Shown: positions 1 through 13,757, counted from the first letter of the stretch. The stretch: 64,000 nt of DNA from Balanoglossus misakiensis (GCA_040954595.2 CM082587.2:9057403-9121402); one strand, 5' to 3'. Notes: a model not told the origin generated them from the letters alone. A program made the numbers and translations.

Positions 1-505
1 ATTTCCCCCAAAATTGTCCTGCTTCCATTAAAAAAAACACCGATAAATCCACTGAAGTTTCGCCGATGTGTTCCGCCATGTTGGAGCAAACATGGCGGAC
101 AAAGTTTGTAAACATCGGCGAAACTGTGTGACAGCCATCGAACTGCCTTTGCTTCTGTGAGTTTCTAGTCTGGATCACCCAAAATTTTCTGTAAGAAAAA
201 ATAAATAAGTCCAAAATTAACAAAAAATTAAACTACAAACAATTAAGTCATACTTTTGAATTGATGTGCATTACTGATTAAAAATGTTTAAAAATACTGA
301 ATGATTATTACATATGTACCGTCGATTACTTGCACCGAGCGCGCGCGTAACATCGGTACTTGCACTCAGTGCAATACCAAAAACATTATGCTATACCTGT
401 ATGCAAATGAGTGGCCTGTTCACGAAACAAGCAATATCATTCCGCGGTCTCATTTCTTTCATTTTCGGTCTTTTTTTCAAAATGGGATGAACATATGTAA
501 TAAAA

Positions 506-697
506 ACAGAACCCCATGTCTCAATCGTGCCAGCACGGCGTACCGGTAGTATTTGCAGTCGTGCTGGCGGTGTATTCTTGCTGCCCCCCGCACTCGCTGT
601 CGCTCGTGCGGAGGACTGGGCAAGAATACACCGCCAGACACTCGATGCAAATACTACCGTTACGCCGTGCTTGCATGATCGAGCCATGGGGTTCTGT
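506..697 (-). mobile_element. Long imperfect hairpin end of a Crypton-like non-autonomous element (second copy 4563-4754)
   Basis: ACAGAACCCCATG...CATGGGGTTCTGT arms of about 90 bp around the centre CACTCGCTGTCGCTCGTG, the same centre design as the 3642-3958 family. Family assignment is inference. Confidence 0.55.
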
Positions 698-3641
698 CAT
701 ATTAATCACTGTAACCATTTTTATAATAAGAGATAAAATATAACAATGCTGAGCAACAACGCAATTATCATAAGAGCACCTACCTGGATTTCACCAAGCC
801 CTGCCATCCGAACTGATGAATTCTTATAAAAGTTGTAGAGTTGTTGGAGGGTGCTGCTGAACTTACTTACATGTAAATACGTCACATCCTTCATGGCCTG
901 CGCTGCAGCTATGACTGCAGTTTCTCGGGTATTGCAGTGTTGCAGCCAGGAATTTTATAACAGGGGACACTGTGTCCCCCCACTATTTAATTTGGGGGAC
1001 ATTTTGCATATTTTGGGGACAACATAAACCATGGACATACATGTTTAATACATGTAACCTATAAAATGCAGAAATAGTATGCCACAGACGGCAGGGCCGG
1101 AAGAAAAAATTCTGACAACTGCTAAAAACTATAGGAACAGAGCATATGGGCAGCTAATAGGTAGCCAATGAGAAATCCATTTGTAGTACACATTTCTGCC
1201 TTGTGAGCCATGTTTAACTGTCCTCCAGGTGGAACCCTGTGGTGATCCCTGATTGCTGCATCCCCAAATGGCATCCTACATGTATACCGGTACACTTGAC
1301 TCTGATCAATAGGGGTATATGTGACATATAGCTGTATCCCAGAAGCCCAGGTGCAGAAGTCAGCAAAGTTATAGAGCATGTCTGTTACAGATCAGCCATT
1401 CACTTCTTCAGTCGGTAAAGTAATATTGTTAGATTTCAAGACAGCAGTTATAATCTGTGCTAAGTGGACAAGGGTGCAAATATTACAGCTGCGCTGGTGG
1501 CTCCACTCATAAACCCACATTTCTAAGACAAGATTCTGCAATGTTGAAGTCAGGACACATGGTCCACAGGAGTATGAAAGAAGAAGTGGCACTCAAACCA
1601 TACACCCACTATGGGTGTAGCAAAATGTTTGACACAAGTAAGAAACAAGAGGGTAATTCACACAAAGGCTAACAAGGCAATACATGTATTTTTGTTGGCA
1701 CGTTCCTTTTGAGTGTACACATTGCTATTTTTGAACTGCTTGAGGCTGGGCCGACCAGACATGTGGCACATGACGACTACACTACTGTCATGAGTTACCA
1801 CATTTACAATATGCAAATATTATGAGTGCGCTCTAATGAAAATGGAAATTGTGTCCTGAAAAATATAAAATGTGACTGCAAATAGTATAGTTCTGACAAC
1901 AAAATTAGACTTTGTGCCAATTTCTGTAGGCACAGAAGTGCCACTGTAGTATCATGTATATTCAACTTTACAAAAATATCCAAGTGTACACCACACCTAC
2001 CTTGTCTCCTCCTGCAAGGTCGTGAATATATTTTCAAGCACAGTGAAATCATCTAAGAGTGCCGATTGTTGGTCTATCCAATCAATTTCGTTTTGTAAAT
2101 GTTGTTGTTGCTTTAGGAGCCTCTCCTTCTGTATTTGCCAATTCTCCAGTTGTTGAAAGGTTAATGTGTCTTTTTCATGTTGACCCAAGGGAAGTACCTG
2201 AGGAAAAAGCAAAAGAAGTTAAAAATGTTGCCTATAGGAGAAATGCATCCAGTAGTCTGATCCCCTGCCCCATTCCAACGGCTGGCAGCACTAGCTAAAA
2301 GGAAAGGGTCAGGTACGGGCCCACTATCTTGCATAAAACTTCTGTCCAGCCATGCCCAAGATGACTGCTTCCAATGTTTGCACACAGGTACTCTCGAAGT
2401 CAGGTGCACCACGCAAGATTCATCCAGACAGTTTTGAATTTATAGCTCCCCCAGTCTTAAAAATTGGGTCTCGAAATTTTGTAATTTTCTGTATACAATA
2501 ACACTTGCTGTGAGCCATTGACATCCACCGTTTGAAAACGCTTTAGTAACTTCTGCTGAAATTTGGTAGGATGAAAACTTTGGTCAGTCACGCATGCTAC
2601 ATTGTACATGTATGTCCATGCATAAACGTTACACGTACACATACATACACAATGACATACCACATAAAATTGAATAATTTGATGGTTTTAATAAAACACT
2701 CAGACTCTTTGGTCTGTGTCACAATGACCATATACTTTAACCTGTATTTTGTACAAATTGTTCAAATCACGTATTCACAACAGAAAAGATCTGATCACTA
2801 TTGTTCTGATAATTTAAGTCACTGCCGATTACTGTTTATGCGTCTTTATTTGTTTTACTTTTCTGATTTTGATTACATTCAAGATCTTTTAAATCTGCTT
2901 CATTTCTAAATTTAGAGTTTTTACCAAAATATCAGAAATATGAAAAATCCCCCCTTTTTTTTACAAATAAGGATGAAAAACAGACTTGTTATTGACAAGA
3001 ATCCTGGCCTTATTCCAAATAACCTGCTCAGCTGGGGGTGGGGGTGGAGGAAAATGACGAATTTAAATTCTTTCAAGTCCTTTATTATTTTAGGAGTAAA
3101 TTTGAGAAAACTTGTTCCCCATTATACAAAATCCATAGGGTATTTCTCAAAGCTAGGGAGTTCATTCCAAGATCAACTGTTGTCTGGCTAGGGGTCCCTT
3201 CTTGAACGTCACCTGTGCCTTGTGAGTGACCCTTTGACCTAAAGCATATAATAAGGAGAATATTCTCAACTCTGTCTTTTTGGAGTGTTATCCAAGAAAT
3301 TAGCAGTTTAATCTATATTAAAAGTTCAATGGGAGGGTTTTCAACAAAACTGAGACTGCTGGTACTCATGGATGGAGTTGGTTTCAGAAGCAATTGGAGT
3401 CACGTAGTTCACTGCCTGCACGGCTGAGTCCAATATATAGGCTTGATATCGCAGTGTATTACTATTACAATTCCCAAGAGGGTGGCTGCTTGTACAAACT
3501 GTATCAAATTCAACAATAAACCAAGTTTGCTACAACTTTGCTGTGAAGATGTTATCAGTATCGATTACAGGTCATAAGGTCATAAACTGTGACAAGTGAA
3601 TCTCTTTGTACGCGTTCACCCATCAGTTAAAGTTTATCAGG

Positions 3642-3958
3642 AATTATATTATACCAGTATATTGATGGTGTAAATCACGCTATTTGATTGGTCGAGACAC
3701 GACACGTGACCGTGATATATTAGCCATATACCACAGTCACATATCATAGTCAAAGAAAATGCCTTTTTAAAATGTTTTATGCAAAGTTTCAATATACTGG
3801 CATAATATAATAGCAATAAAACACCCCCAGCCATGGTATACCACTCGATTTTGACCAGTTTTACTCCATATATGCACTCGCTATCGCTCGTGCGTATATG
3901 TCGTGAACTGGTCAAAATCTCGTGGTATACCATGGCTGGGGGTGTTTTATTGCTTAAA
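3642..3958 (-). mobile_element. ~316-bp non-autonomous element with a terminal hairpin and CCAATCA tail (Crypton-like), copy 1
   Basis: GCAATAAAACACCCCCAGCCATGGTATA...TATACCATGGCTGGGGGTGTTTTATTGC hairpin. Near-identical copies at 7699-8015, 28992-29306 and 44641-44957. No TIRs at both ends and no clear TSD. Confidence 0.8.
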
Positions 3959-6900
3959 CAATGTATGTTAGCGCCTGCTATTTTTTACACTCAGAGTGCT
4001 TGCCCGTGGTGACCCGCAGTATGCCAGAAAGTGCGCCCGTGCCTTGTGGCTGCATAAATACCCATTTTCAAGACAGTATAAGTCCTTGACGTTGAAGTAG
4101 TTACACACAGAAGGATACTGTAATTAGTCCCTTCTTAATATTGATACCAAACTCTTGGACCATATATTTACAATGGACAGTTGTCATCTTAACTTTGTCT
4201 CTAATAGCTACAATCAAGTCACATTCTGGGTTGATATGTTAATTTTGCAAAGCTACACATTCATATTTGAGATGGTAATGTACGTTGCAATTCTTGAGAA
4301 TAAGTCATACTTTTGAATTGATGTGCATTACTGATTAAAAATGTTTAAAAATACTGAATGATTATTACATATGTACCGTCGATTACTTGCACCGAGCGCG
4401 CGCGTAACATCGGTACTTGCACTCAGTGCAATACCAAAAACATTATGCTATACCTGTATGCAAATGAGTGGCCTGTTCACGAAACAAGCAATATCATTCC
4501 GCGGTCTCATTTCTTTCATTTTCGGTCTTTTTTTCAAAATGGGATGAACATATGTAATAAAAACAGAACCCCATGTCTCAATCGTGCCAGCACGGCGTAC
4601 CGGTAGTATTTGCAGTCGTGCTGGCGGTGTATTCTTGCTGCCCCCCGCACTCGCTGTCGCTCGTGCGGAGGACTGGGCAAGAATACACCGCCAGACACTC
4701 GATGCAAATACTACCGTTACGCCGTGCTTGCATGATCGAGCCATGGGGTTCTGTCATATTAATCACTGTAACCATTTTTATAATAAGAGATAAAATATAA
4801 CAATGCTGAGCAACAACGCAATTATCATAAGAGCACCTACCTGGATTTCACCAAGCCCTGCCATCCGAACTGATGAATTCTTATAAAAGTTGTAGAGTTG
4901 TTGGAGGGTGCTGCTGAACTTACTTACATGTAAATACGTCACATCCTTCATGGCCTGCGCTGCAGCTATGACTGCAGTTTCTCGGGTATTGCAGTGTTGC
5001 AGCCAGGAATTTTATAACAGGGGACACTGTGTCCCCCCACTATTTAATTTGGGGGACATTTTGCATATTTTGGGGACAACATAAACCATGGACATACATG
5101 TTTAATACATGTAACCTATAAAATGCAGAAATAGTATGCCACAGACGGCAGGGCCGGAAGAAAAAATTCTGACAACTGCTAAAAACTATAGGAACAGAGC
5201 ATATGGGCAGCTAATAGGTAGCCAATGAGAAATCCATTTGTAGTACACATTTCTGCCTTGTGAGCCATGTTTAACTGTCCTCCAGGTGGAACCCTGTGGT
5301 GATCCCTGATTGCTGCATCCCCAAATGGCATCCTACATGTATACCGGTACACTTGACTCTGATCAATAGGGGTATATGTGACATATAGCTGTATCCCAGA
5401 AGCCCAGGTGCAGAAGTCAGCAAAGTTATAGAGCATGTCTGTTACAGATCAGCCATTCACTTCTTCAGTCGGTAAAGTAATATTGTTAGATTTCAAGACA
5501 GCAGTTATAATCTGTGCTAAGTGGACAAGGGTGCAAATATTACAGCTGCGCTGGTGGCTCCACTCATAAACCCACATTTCTAAGACAAGATTCTGCAATG
5601 TTGAAGTCAGGACACATGGTCCACAGGAGTATGAAAGAAGAAGTGGCACTCAAACCATACACCCACTATGGGTGTAGCAAAATGTTTGACACAAGTAAGA
5701 AACAAGAGGGTAATTCACACAAAGGCTAACAAGGCAATACATGTATTTTTGTTGGCACGTTCCTTTTGAGTGTACACATTGCTATTTTTGAACTGCTTGA
5801 GGCTGGGCCGACCAGACATGTGGCACATGACGACTACACTACTGTCATGAGTTACCACATTTACAATATGCAAATATTATGAGTGCGCTCTAATGAAAAT
5901 GGAAATTGTGTCCTGAAAAATATAAAATGTGACTGCAAATAGTATAGTTCTGACAACAAAATTAGACTTTGTGCCAATTTCTGTAGGCACAGAAGTGCCA
6001 CTGTAGTATCATGTATATTCAACTTTACAAAAATATCCAAGTGTACACCACACCTACCTTGTCTCCTCCTGCAAGGTCGTGAATATATTTTCAAGCACAG
6101 TGAAATCATCTAAGAGTGCCGATTGTTGGTCTATCCAATCAATTTCGTTTTGTAAATGTTGTTGTTGCTTTAGGAGCCTCTCCTTCTGTATTTGCCAATT
6201 CTCCAGTTGTTGAAAGGTTAATGTGTCTTTTTCATGTTGACCCAAGGGAAGTACCTGAGGAAAAAGCAAAAGAAGTTAAAAATGTTGCCTATAGGAGAAA
6301 TGCATCCAGTAGTCTGATCCCCTGCCCCATTCCAACGGCTGGCAGCACTAGCTAAAAGGAAAGGGTCAGGTACGGGCCCACTATCTTGCATAAAACTTCT
6401 GTCCAGCCATGCCCAAGATGACTGCTTCCAATGTTTGCACACAGGTACTCTCGAAGTCAGGTGCACCACGCAAGATTCATCCAGACAGTTTTGAATTTAT
6501 AGCTCCCCCAGTCTTAAAAATTGGGTCTCGAAATTTTGTAATTTTCTGTATACAATAACACTTGCTGTGAGCCATTGACATCCACCGTTTGAAAACGCTT
6601 TAGTAACTTCTGCTGAAATTTGGTAGGATGAAAACTTTGGTCAGTCACGCATGCTACATTGTACATGTATGTCCATGCATAAACGTTACACGTACACATA
6701 CATACACAATGACATACCACATAAAATTGAATAATTTGATGGTTTTAATAAAACACTCAGACTCTTTGGTCTGTGTCACAATGACCATATACTTTAACCT
6801 GTATTTTGTACAAATTGTTCAAATCACGTATTCACAACAGAAAAGATCTGATCACTATTGTTCTGATAATTTAAGTCACTGCCGATTACTGTTTATGCGT

Positions 6901-7698
6901 CTTTATTTGTTTTACTTTTCTGATTTTGATTACATTCAAGATCTTTTAAATCTGCTTCATTTCTAAATTTAGAGTTTTTACCAAAATATCAGAAATATGA
7001 AAAATCCCCCCTTTTTTTTACAAATAAGGATGAAAAACAGACTTGTTATTGACAAGAATCCTGGCCTTATTCCAAATAACCTGCTCAGCTGGGGGTGGGG
7101 GTGGAGGAAAATGACGAATTTAAATTCTTTCAAGTCCTTTATTATTTTAGGAGTAAATTTGAGAAAACTTGTTCCCCATTATACAAAATCCATAGGGTAT
7201 TTCTCAAAGCTAGGGAGTTCATTCCAAGATCAACTGTTGTCTGGCTAGGGGTCCCTTCTTGAACGTCACCTGTGCCTTGTGAGTGACCCTTTGACCTAAA
7301 GCATATAATAAGGAGAATATTCTCAACTCTGTCTTTTTGGAGTGTTATCCAAGAAATTAGCAGTTTAATCTATATTAAAAGTTCAATGGGAGGGTTTTCA
7401 ACAAAACTGAGACTGCTGGTACTCATGGATGGAGTTGGTTTCAGAAGCAATTGGAGTCACGTAGTTCACTGCCTGCACGGCTGAGTCCAATATATAGGCT
7501 TGATATCGCAGTGTATTACTATTACAATTCCCAAGAGGGTGGCTGCTTGTACAAACTGTATCAAATTCAACAATAAACCAAGTTTGCTACAACTTTGCTG
7601 TGAAGATGTTATCAGTATCGATTACAGGTCATAAGGTCATAAACTGTGACAAGTGAATCTCTTTGTACGCGTTCACCCATCAGTTAAAGTTTATCAGG

Positions 7699-8015
7699 AA
7701 TTATATTATACCAGTATATTGATGGTGTAAATCACGCTATTTGATTGGTCGAGACACGACACGTGACCGTGATATATTAGCCATATACCACAGTCACATA
7801 TCATAGTCAAAGAAAATGCCTTTTTAAAATGTTTTATGCAAAGTTTCAATATACTGGCATAATATAATAGCAATAAAACACCCCCAGCCATGGTATACCA
7901 CTCGATTTTGACCAGTTTTACTCCATATATGCACTCGCTATCGCTCGTGCGTATATGTCGTGAACTGGTCAAAATCTCGTGGTATACCATGGCTGGGGGT
8001 GTTTTATTGCTTAAA
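7699..8015 (-). mobile_element. Crypton-like hairpin element, copy 2 (inside the tandem duplication)
   Basis: Identical to 3642-3958. Confidence 0.8.
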
Positions 8016-8295
8016 CAATGTATGTTAGCGCCTGCTATTTTTTACACTCAGAGTGCTTGCCCGTGGTGACCCGCAGTATGCCAGAAAGTGCGCCCGTGCC
8101 TTGTGGCTGCATAAATACCCATTTTCAAGACAGTATAAGTCCTTGACGTTGAAGTAGTTACACACAGAAGGATACTGTAATTAGTCCCTTCTTAATATTG
8201 ATACCAAACTCTTGGACCATATATTTACAATGGACAGTTGTCATCTTAACTTTGTCTCTAATAGCTACAATCAAGTCACATTCTGGGTTGATATG

Positions 8296-8819
8296 TTAAT
8301 TTTGCAAAGCTACACATTCATATTTGAGATGGTAATGTACGTTGCAATTCTTGAGAATAAGTTTTCCATTATTGTTGAATTGACGCCATTCACGTCGGCT
8401 GATAACAACATCGTTTGGTACAGCTTCAAGATGCTGGACCTCTACATTTACATCATCGACCCAGTTTGCAGGGTCTAGCCACAGCATATGTCGATACAGA
8501 TCACTGTTCATAAAAACTGACTCAAACCTGTCATCAATGCAAGAGACAAGCATCCGCAAGCCTTTGCTTTCAGATCACTGACAGTTTTACTTTCCTGTCC
8601 TGCATACTTCATCCCTTTGTAGGTGAACGTGATAGTGTTGTACTCACTATTTTCTGGCTTTCGTTTCACATGCCCCTGTTTTGGCATAACTCTGGTGATC
8701 TCATCACCCTTCAGTTCAATACCAGCAACAGATACAGCGCATCTTCTGTCCTCTTCAGTGACTTTTATATCACTTTTCAATTGATGTATTGCGGGGACAG
8801 TCTTGTATACATTGTACAT
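8296..8819 (-). pseudogene. Frameshifted fragment resembling the C-terminal half of a hAT/ZNF862-like transposase
   Basis: Two overlapping ORFs (8508-8819, 8296-8559) join to ...KRKPENSEYNTITFTY...LVSCIDDRFESVF...MLWLDPANWVD...REWRQF. The 'RF...DPxxW...EW' pattern resembles invertebrate hAT/ZNF862-like proteins (recognised by eye only). Confidence 0.4.
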
Positions 8820-8847
8820 ATCCCCTATGTAAGAGCTGGAGAACGGG

Positions 8848-10176
8848 TTAAGTGGTTACATGACGAGGGCCCCCAAGATATGGTGAATCTGTTTCGATTA
8901 ACAGACGATCGATGGGCACCTCTTTCAAAGCTCTAATCTGGCACCGGTCAAAGTTGGTGGTCATGATGGAAAAAATACAATTTTAGTAACAATTCTTGAA
9001 GACCTTTGACCACCTTCGGACAGTGTTGACGATACCAGTAAAATTATGGACATGTATTTTCTGCCTTGGCGAACACCATTCCTGTACTAATTGCAATGCT
9101 TGGCAATGCACATCTGACCCATACTGATCCCCATATGACCCTCTAATGTGCAGGACTAAGGGTTTCTCAGGCACACACATGGCAAGTGCTCGAGAGAGAA
9201 CCCTGTCTTGGGCGCTCCAGTATTTACTTGGCTCTGTGCGGTCGAGACCCACCTCCCCAAGGCCACCTGTGTGTATGTGATAAGTCGCTTAAGAGCTTTA
9301 AGGTTCTTTCGTCGGCTCTAGAAGCTTTCCTTGGGTGTACCGGGTATTCCTATTGCTATATTCCAACCTTTAGACCGATGTAAATCCACCGTATAGTATT
9401 CCGGATCATAAAAGACCTCAACGCCCCTAATGATGTTGACAGGAAAATTCGCCCTTGGGTCGTTATGCCAGTTAAAGGGGAAATCCGTCGTAGCTGATTT
9501 CTACATAATTTGGTAGCTTTGATGTCACTCTTTCAGAAAAAAACATATTCGCCATGTATAGGTCGCGCGATTTTTTACAAAATCTAGGGAAAGTTGGCAA
9601 TATGGCGTTTACTGTAATTTGAATCATGGGAAAAAAAGCGCCAGGACCAACTTCCGCCCACCATGGTGTGGGTGATACCATTCTCCGATAGGTGTCACTG
9701 GGCGACAGACTAGGCGTATTTTCATAGCTATTGTTTGTTCTTTGCATCAGTTGATAAACAATCATCAGCAAAGTCGAAAATTTGTCATCTATTGACAGTT
9801 TTCATGAGCTATAACCCATGGAAAATATGCAAATACGCTTAGCTTGTGACGCAGTGACACCAATCGGAAAATGGTATCACCCACACTAAGGTGGGCGGAA
9901 GTTGGTCCTGGCGCTTTTTTTCCCATGATTCAAATTACAGTAAACGCCATATTGGAAATTCTGCCAACTTTTCCTAGATTTTGTAAAAAATCGCGCGACC
10001 TATACATGGCGAATATGTTTTTTTCTGAAAGAGTGACATCAAAGCTACCAAATTATGTAGAAATCAGCTACGACGGATTTCCCCTTTAACCACTTGTCTA
10101 ATGATGTTGTACCGGTAGCGCAGTCTCTACCGCGAAATCGAGCCAGTGTTCGGTCAATATGAAAGTAGGAATCCAT
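8848..10176 (-). pseudogene. tatD: Intronless TatD-family DNase (TIM-barrel metallo-nuclease) pseudogene, interrupted by a Kolobok-type insertion
   Basis: Manual minus-strand translation gives TatD motifs in order: MDSYFHIDR (from 10176; DSHxH motif with H>Y), GVEVFYDPE, IAIG..VHPRK, LGEVGLDRT, KPLVLHIRG, IHVHNFTG, EVPIDRLLIETDSPY (~8880-8925). Frameshifts and an in-frame TAA are present. Confidence 0.8.
9476..10085. mobile_element. Kolobok-type non-autonomous foldback element (~210-bp TIRs)
   Basis: TTAA TSD at 9472-9475 and 10086-10089. Termini are AGGGGAAATCCGTCG...CGACGGATTTCCCCT. TTAA with 5'-RR..YY-3' ends is the Kolobok signature, whereas piggyBac ends are CC..GG. Confidence 0.8.
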
Positions 10177-13100
10177 GGCTTCCAACAGACTGCCTGATTA
10201 TTTGTTAACATTCCCTGTTAAGTTATGTTGGGGACGGGATCATTTGATGAAGTTATAAAATTAAAGTAAACATGCATGTTATTATACTTAAAAACAGCTG
10301 TACTCAAACCTATGATCAGTTACAAATAAAACTTTGCAAGTTTCTCTTCAACCACTAAAGACAATCTCCTGTGCTCATAATTTGTATATTTTTCTAGTAA
10401 CTCATTTAGTCTACCACTTTCTGTGTTTGGTAACCAAGGAAATATGACTGGAAGACCTCTTATTTTACTTTCTAACACACAAAGACAAATATTACATGTA
10501 AATCTATAACAGTAGGCTTCTGACTAAAGGGAAACCCTTTGGAATTGCCCATCAAATAAATATTTTCCACTTTGATTTTAACTACGTTCGAAAGTGTCCT
10601 TTCCGAGTTTCACCTTCAAATGACTGTTGCTTAGGGGCGATTCAATGCATCAGTTTTGATGCACTGGGTTTTTTACATTTTTGGTGTATTGATCGCAAAT
10701 GGAGTGTGTGTACACGGTTTGTCTAGTCATTCATATTTATGTAGGGGTTGCTTCACACTTGTGACATGGTGTGATAAAAAGGTGTTTCATCTTGATTCAT
10801 CCCCTGTTGACATATGGGCACCTCCTAACAATTTGTCAAGGGTTGACCCGTGCCCTTTTAAAATTACATCCCTCACATGTTGCAGCTATTACATTGCCCC
10901 TTACCACTTTACCAGAGTGGAATCCCCCCAAATCTTCTAGCAGAGGGGGACATATCCCAAATGTTGATGCCATCCTGGATGGAACTGAAAAATCATTGGC
11001 TAGATCTCAACTTTCCAGGTTAACTGGCTAAATTGTCATGGACGACTATACATATGAAGATAAAGACATACTGTGTCTCAGTTCCTCTTTCCTATGATTT
11101 CTATAGTGTTCGAAATTTTTGATTTTGTGCTCAAAATTGTTTCCAACTTTTTTTACTTGCAGGAGGAAGTATCCATATGATGTAGCTGACAAGACTTGTT
11201 GGGGAAAATTGAAGATTACAGAAATGGATGTACCAGTACATTACTACAGCCGATACTTGAGAAGGGAAGTATAGTTTTCATTTATACTGTGTATTTTATT
11301 CTTTTGCTTGCAATGTACATTGCAGGATGTGGCAGAATTGCAAACACTAGCACGCTGCAAAACATGGTAAGCATCTGCTATATTCAGTTTTTATGTACTT
11401 CATGATGTTCAATTGCAAATTAATGAAAAGTAGAATGGGTGTAGTGTATTGATCACAGCATGAGTCGCGTTGAAATTGGAGCATTATGTCTAATTATCAA
11501 CAACAATTGAAAGACAAATTTTATATGAGAGCAGTCAGTCAATCTGTAAGAAAAAATGTTTTAAGAACTACAATGCATAGAACAGATACAGAAATATTTC
11601 AATAATAGACAGGGATAATAATAGAATCAGATGTGTATTTTTTGCTAAAAATTGTAATTTCAGTATTTTGCGGGATAAGGTATGAGTTTTAAAAAGTTAA
11701 AAAATAAGACAACAATGGTGATGATTAATGATTATAACAAAAACATGGTAAAACGCAAAGTAGCAATCATAATATTGTTGATGAAGATGCTGGTGAAATA
11801 ATAAACAAATTAATTATTATGCAATAACAATGTTATAACAAAATGATGATGATGATGATGATGATTGGTACTTTAGAGCTAATTAAGAAAGACACCTGTA
11901 AAAGTAGTAGCGTACGGTATGTCAGCGTGGTATTGTCAGATTCAGATGGGTTTTCAGGATACTTTGTGATGAAAATTGCAGGATATTGAATATTGTTCCA
12001 ATGGTATAGGGTAGAGATGATTTGATTCTTATTGATCTGAATGTAATTCAAAATAATGGGTTTAATGTTGTGTCTGTTAGATTTGGCATTTTGTGGTCGT
12101 AGTGGTGAAAAGTAACAGAATAATATCGTGGTTGTAGTGGTATAACAGAATACTAATGTTAGTGAAGGTTTCATTTAACCATAAATGTATTACAGAGATG
12201 CATTTTTATCTAAACAGTCAGTCACATTCATCTTAAATATTTTTCAGAATTGGTAGCCTGAACACTATGCATAGTTGATTGCATACTTTGTGATTCTGTG
12301 TACAGAGTTTTGCCCAATTTTGTGTACAAACCAGAGTCCTAGTGCATGAGCTGTTGGTGGAAACATTTATGACTGGTGTAGATAAATATCATTGATATGA
12401 CTAATGCATTTCTTTTTACAGGTGATTGATTTGTGATGATTCATTAACATTTTTTTACAGGTGCCCTCACTGTAATAATGTATGTAGTACTTGTTCACAT
12501 ATTTTATTTGTTTTACACACTTTTATAAGATAACTAATGCAATGACACTGCAGTCAGTTAGACTGTGGTACTTATTGTGTTTTATATTTTATTTTGGTAT
12601 CTTGTACACCTATTGAATTGAATGCATAAATTTCTCGTTAACAAATCTGATTACAGGTTGTTTGATTGATTGGTGATGATCTGTTATGGCATCAAGACAA
12701 AAGAAGACAATAACTAATCAACCTATTTTCTTACCCCTTACATAGCATTGCTAACTATTGTTTACTGATGCCCTCACTGTAATACATACAGTACTCAGTG
12801 GGCACATTTATATCCTTGTAACTTTATGGGGTATACCAACTGGTATAACAGTTTTATGTGTGACTACATGTATATCACATGAGAGATACTTTAATTACTT
12901 AATATGTGTATATTTCCCAATTCCTTTAATTACTTAAATTGTGTATATTTCCCCATTCTGACCTGGCCAGTCAGATTTGGGGCGGTCAACACCTTGCACT
13001 CGCAAACATGACATACCTTGCACTCGCAAACATGACATACTGTACATGTACCGGTATAAGCAACCACTCACTCAGAGAGTTGATTGGTAACAAAGTAGTA

Positions 13101-13679
13101 TAATTTTCTGAGTATGTTTCTTAGTACCCACATTATGAAAATGCTATATCATTATGTTAACCTTTTTCAGACAGTGTTACTTGCACTGTACCATTTATTC
13201 CAGATGGTATGATTAATATATCATTGCATAATGATTTGTATTCCAGATGTGTACCTGTGTTTTATTGCGTTGAATACCATCCAGTCAGTTTCACCAACAG
13301 CTCATTGCCTCCCCCCCCCTGTAATTGTCTGCCCCCCCCCCCTTTGTCAATGAAGTGAGCACTCTATTGTATTGGAAACCAACATGTATATAAGCTGTCA
13401 GAATTACTGGTGTATAATGTCAACTATGCATATTAATAATTATTATTTGAATATTCAATATTACAAATTTCTTAGACTTACAAATTTACATACTGATAAC
13501 AATAAACATATAATATTTAAGAGTATTTAAGAGTATAAAAAACTAGATTAATAAACCAGAGAATATTGTAGAGTGTCATGGGTTGAAAGTTTTGTGGGTC
13601 ATTTGATTTTTTTGAGTCCTGTATTAAATGTTGGTGATGGTTGTGGCAGTTTTGATGTTAATTGTTATTACTTATGGTT

Positions 13680-13725
13680 ATGGTGATGGCATTGATGGTT
13701 ATTTTGATGTTGATGGTAGACATGG

Positions 13726-13757
<32 letters not shown>

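Larger units (their letters stand above)
244..8362. repeat. Tandem segmental duplication, 2 x 4057 bp (244-4300 / 4301-8357), TAAGT microhomology at the breakpoints
   Basis: All ORF-track entries from 301 to 3933 recur with identical translation at +4057. Spot-checked homopolymer runs are identical. TAAGT occurs at 244-248, 4301-4305 and 8358-8362, and the flanks diverge immediately outside. Confidence 0.97.

Noticed and set aside
9472-10089. Mirror-image ORFs 9472-9771 (-) and 9871-10089 (+) with the same peptide
   Set aside because: Artefact of the inverted arms of the Kolobok-type element.
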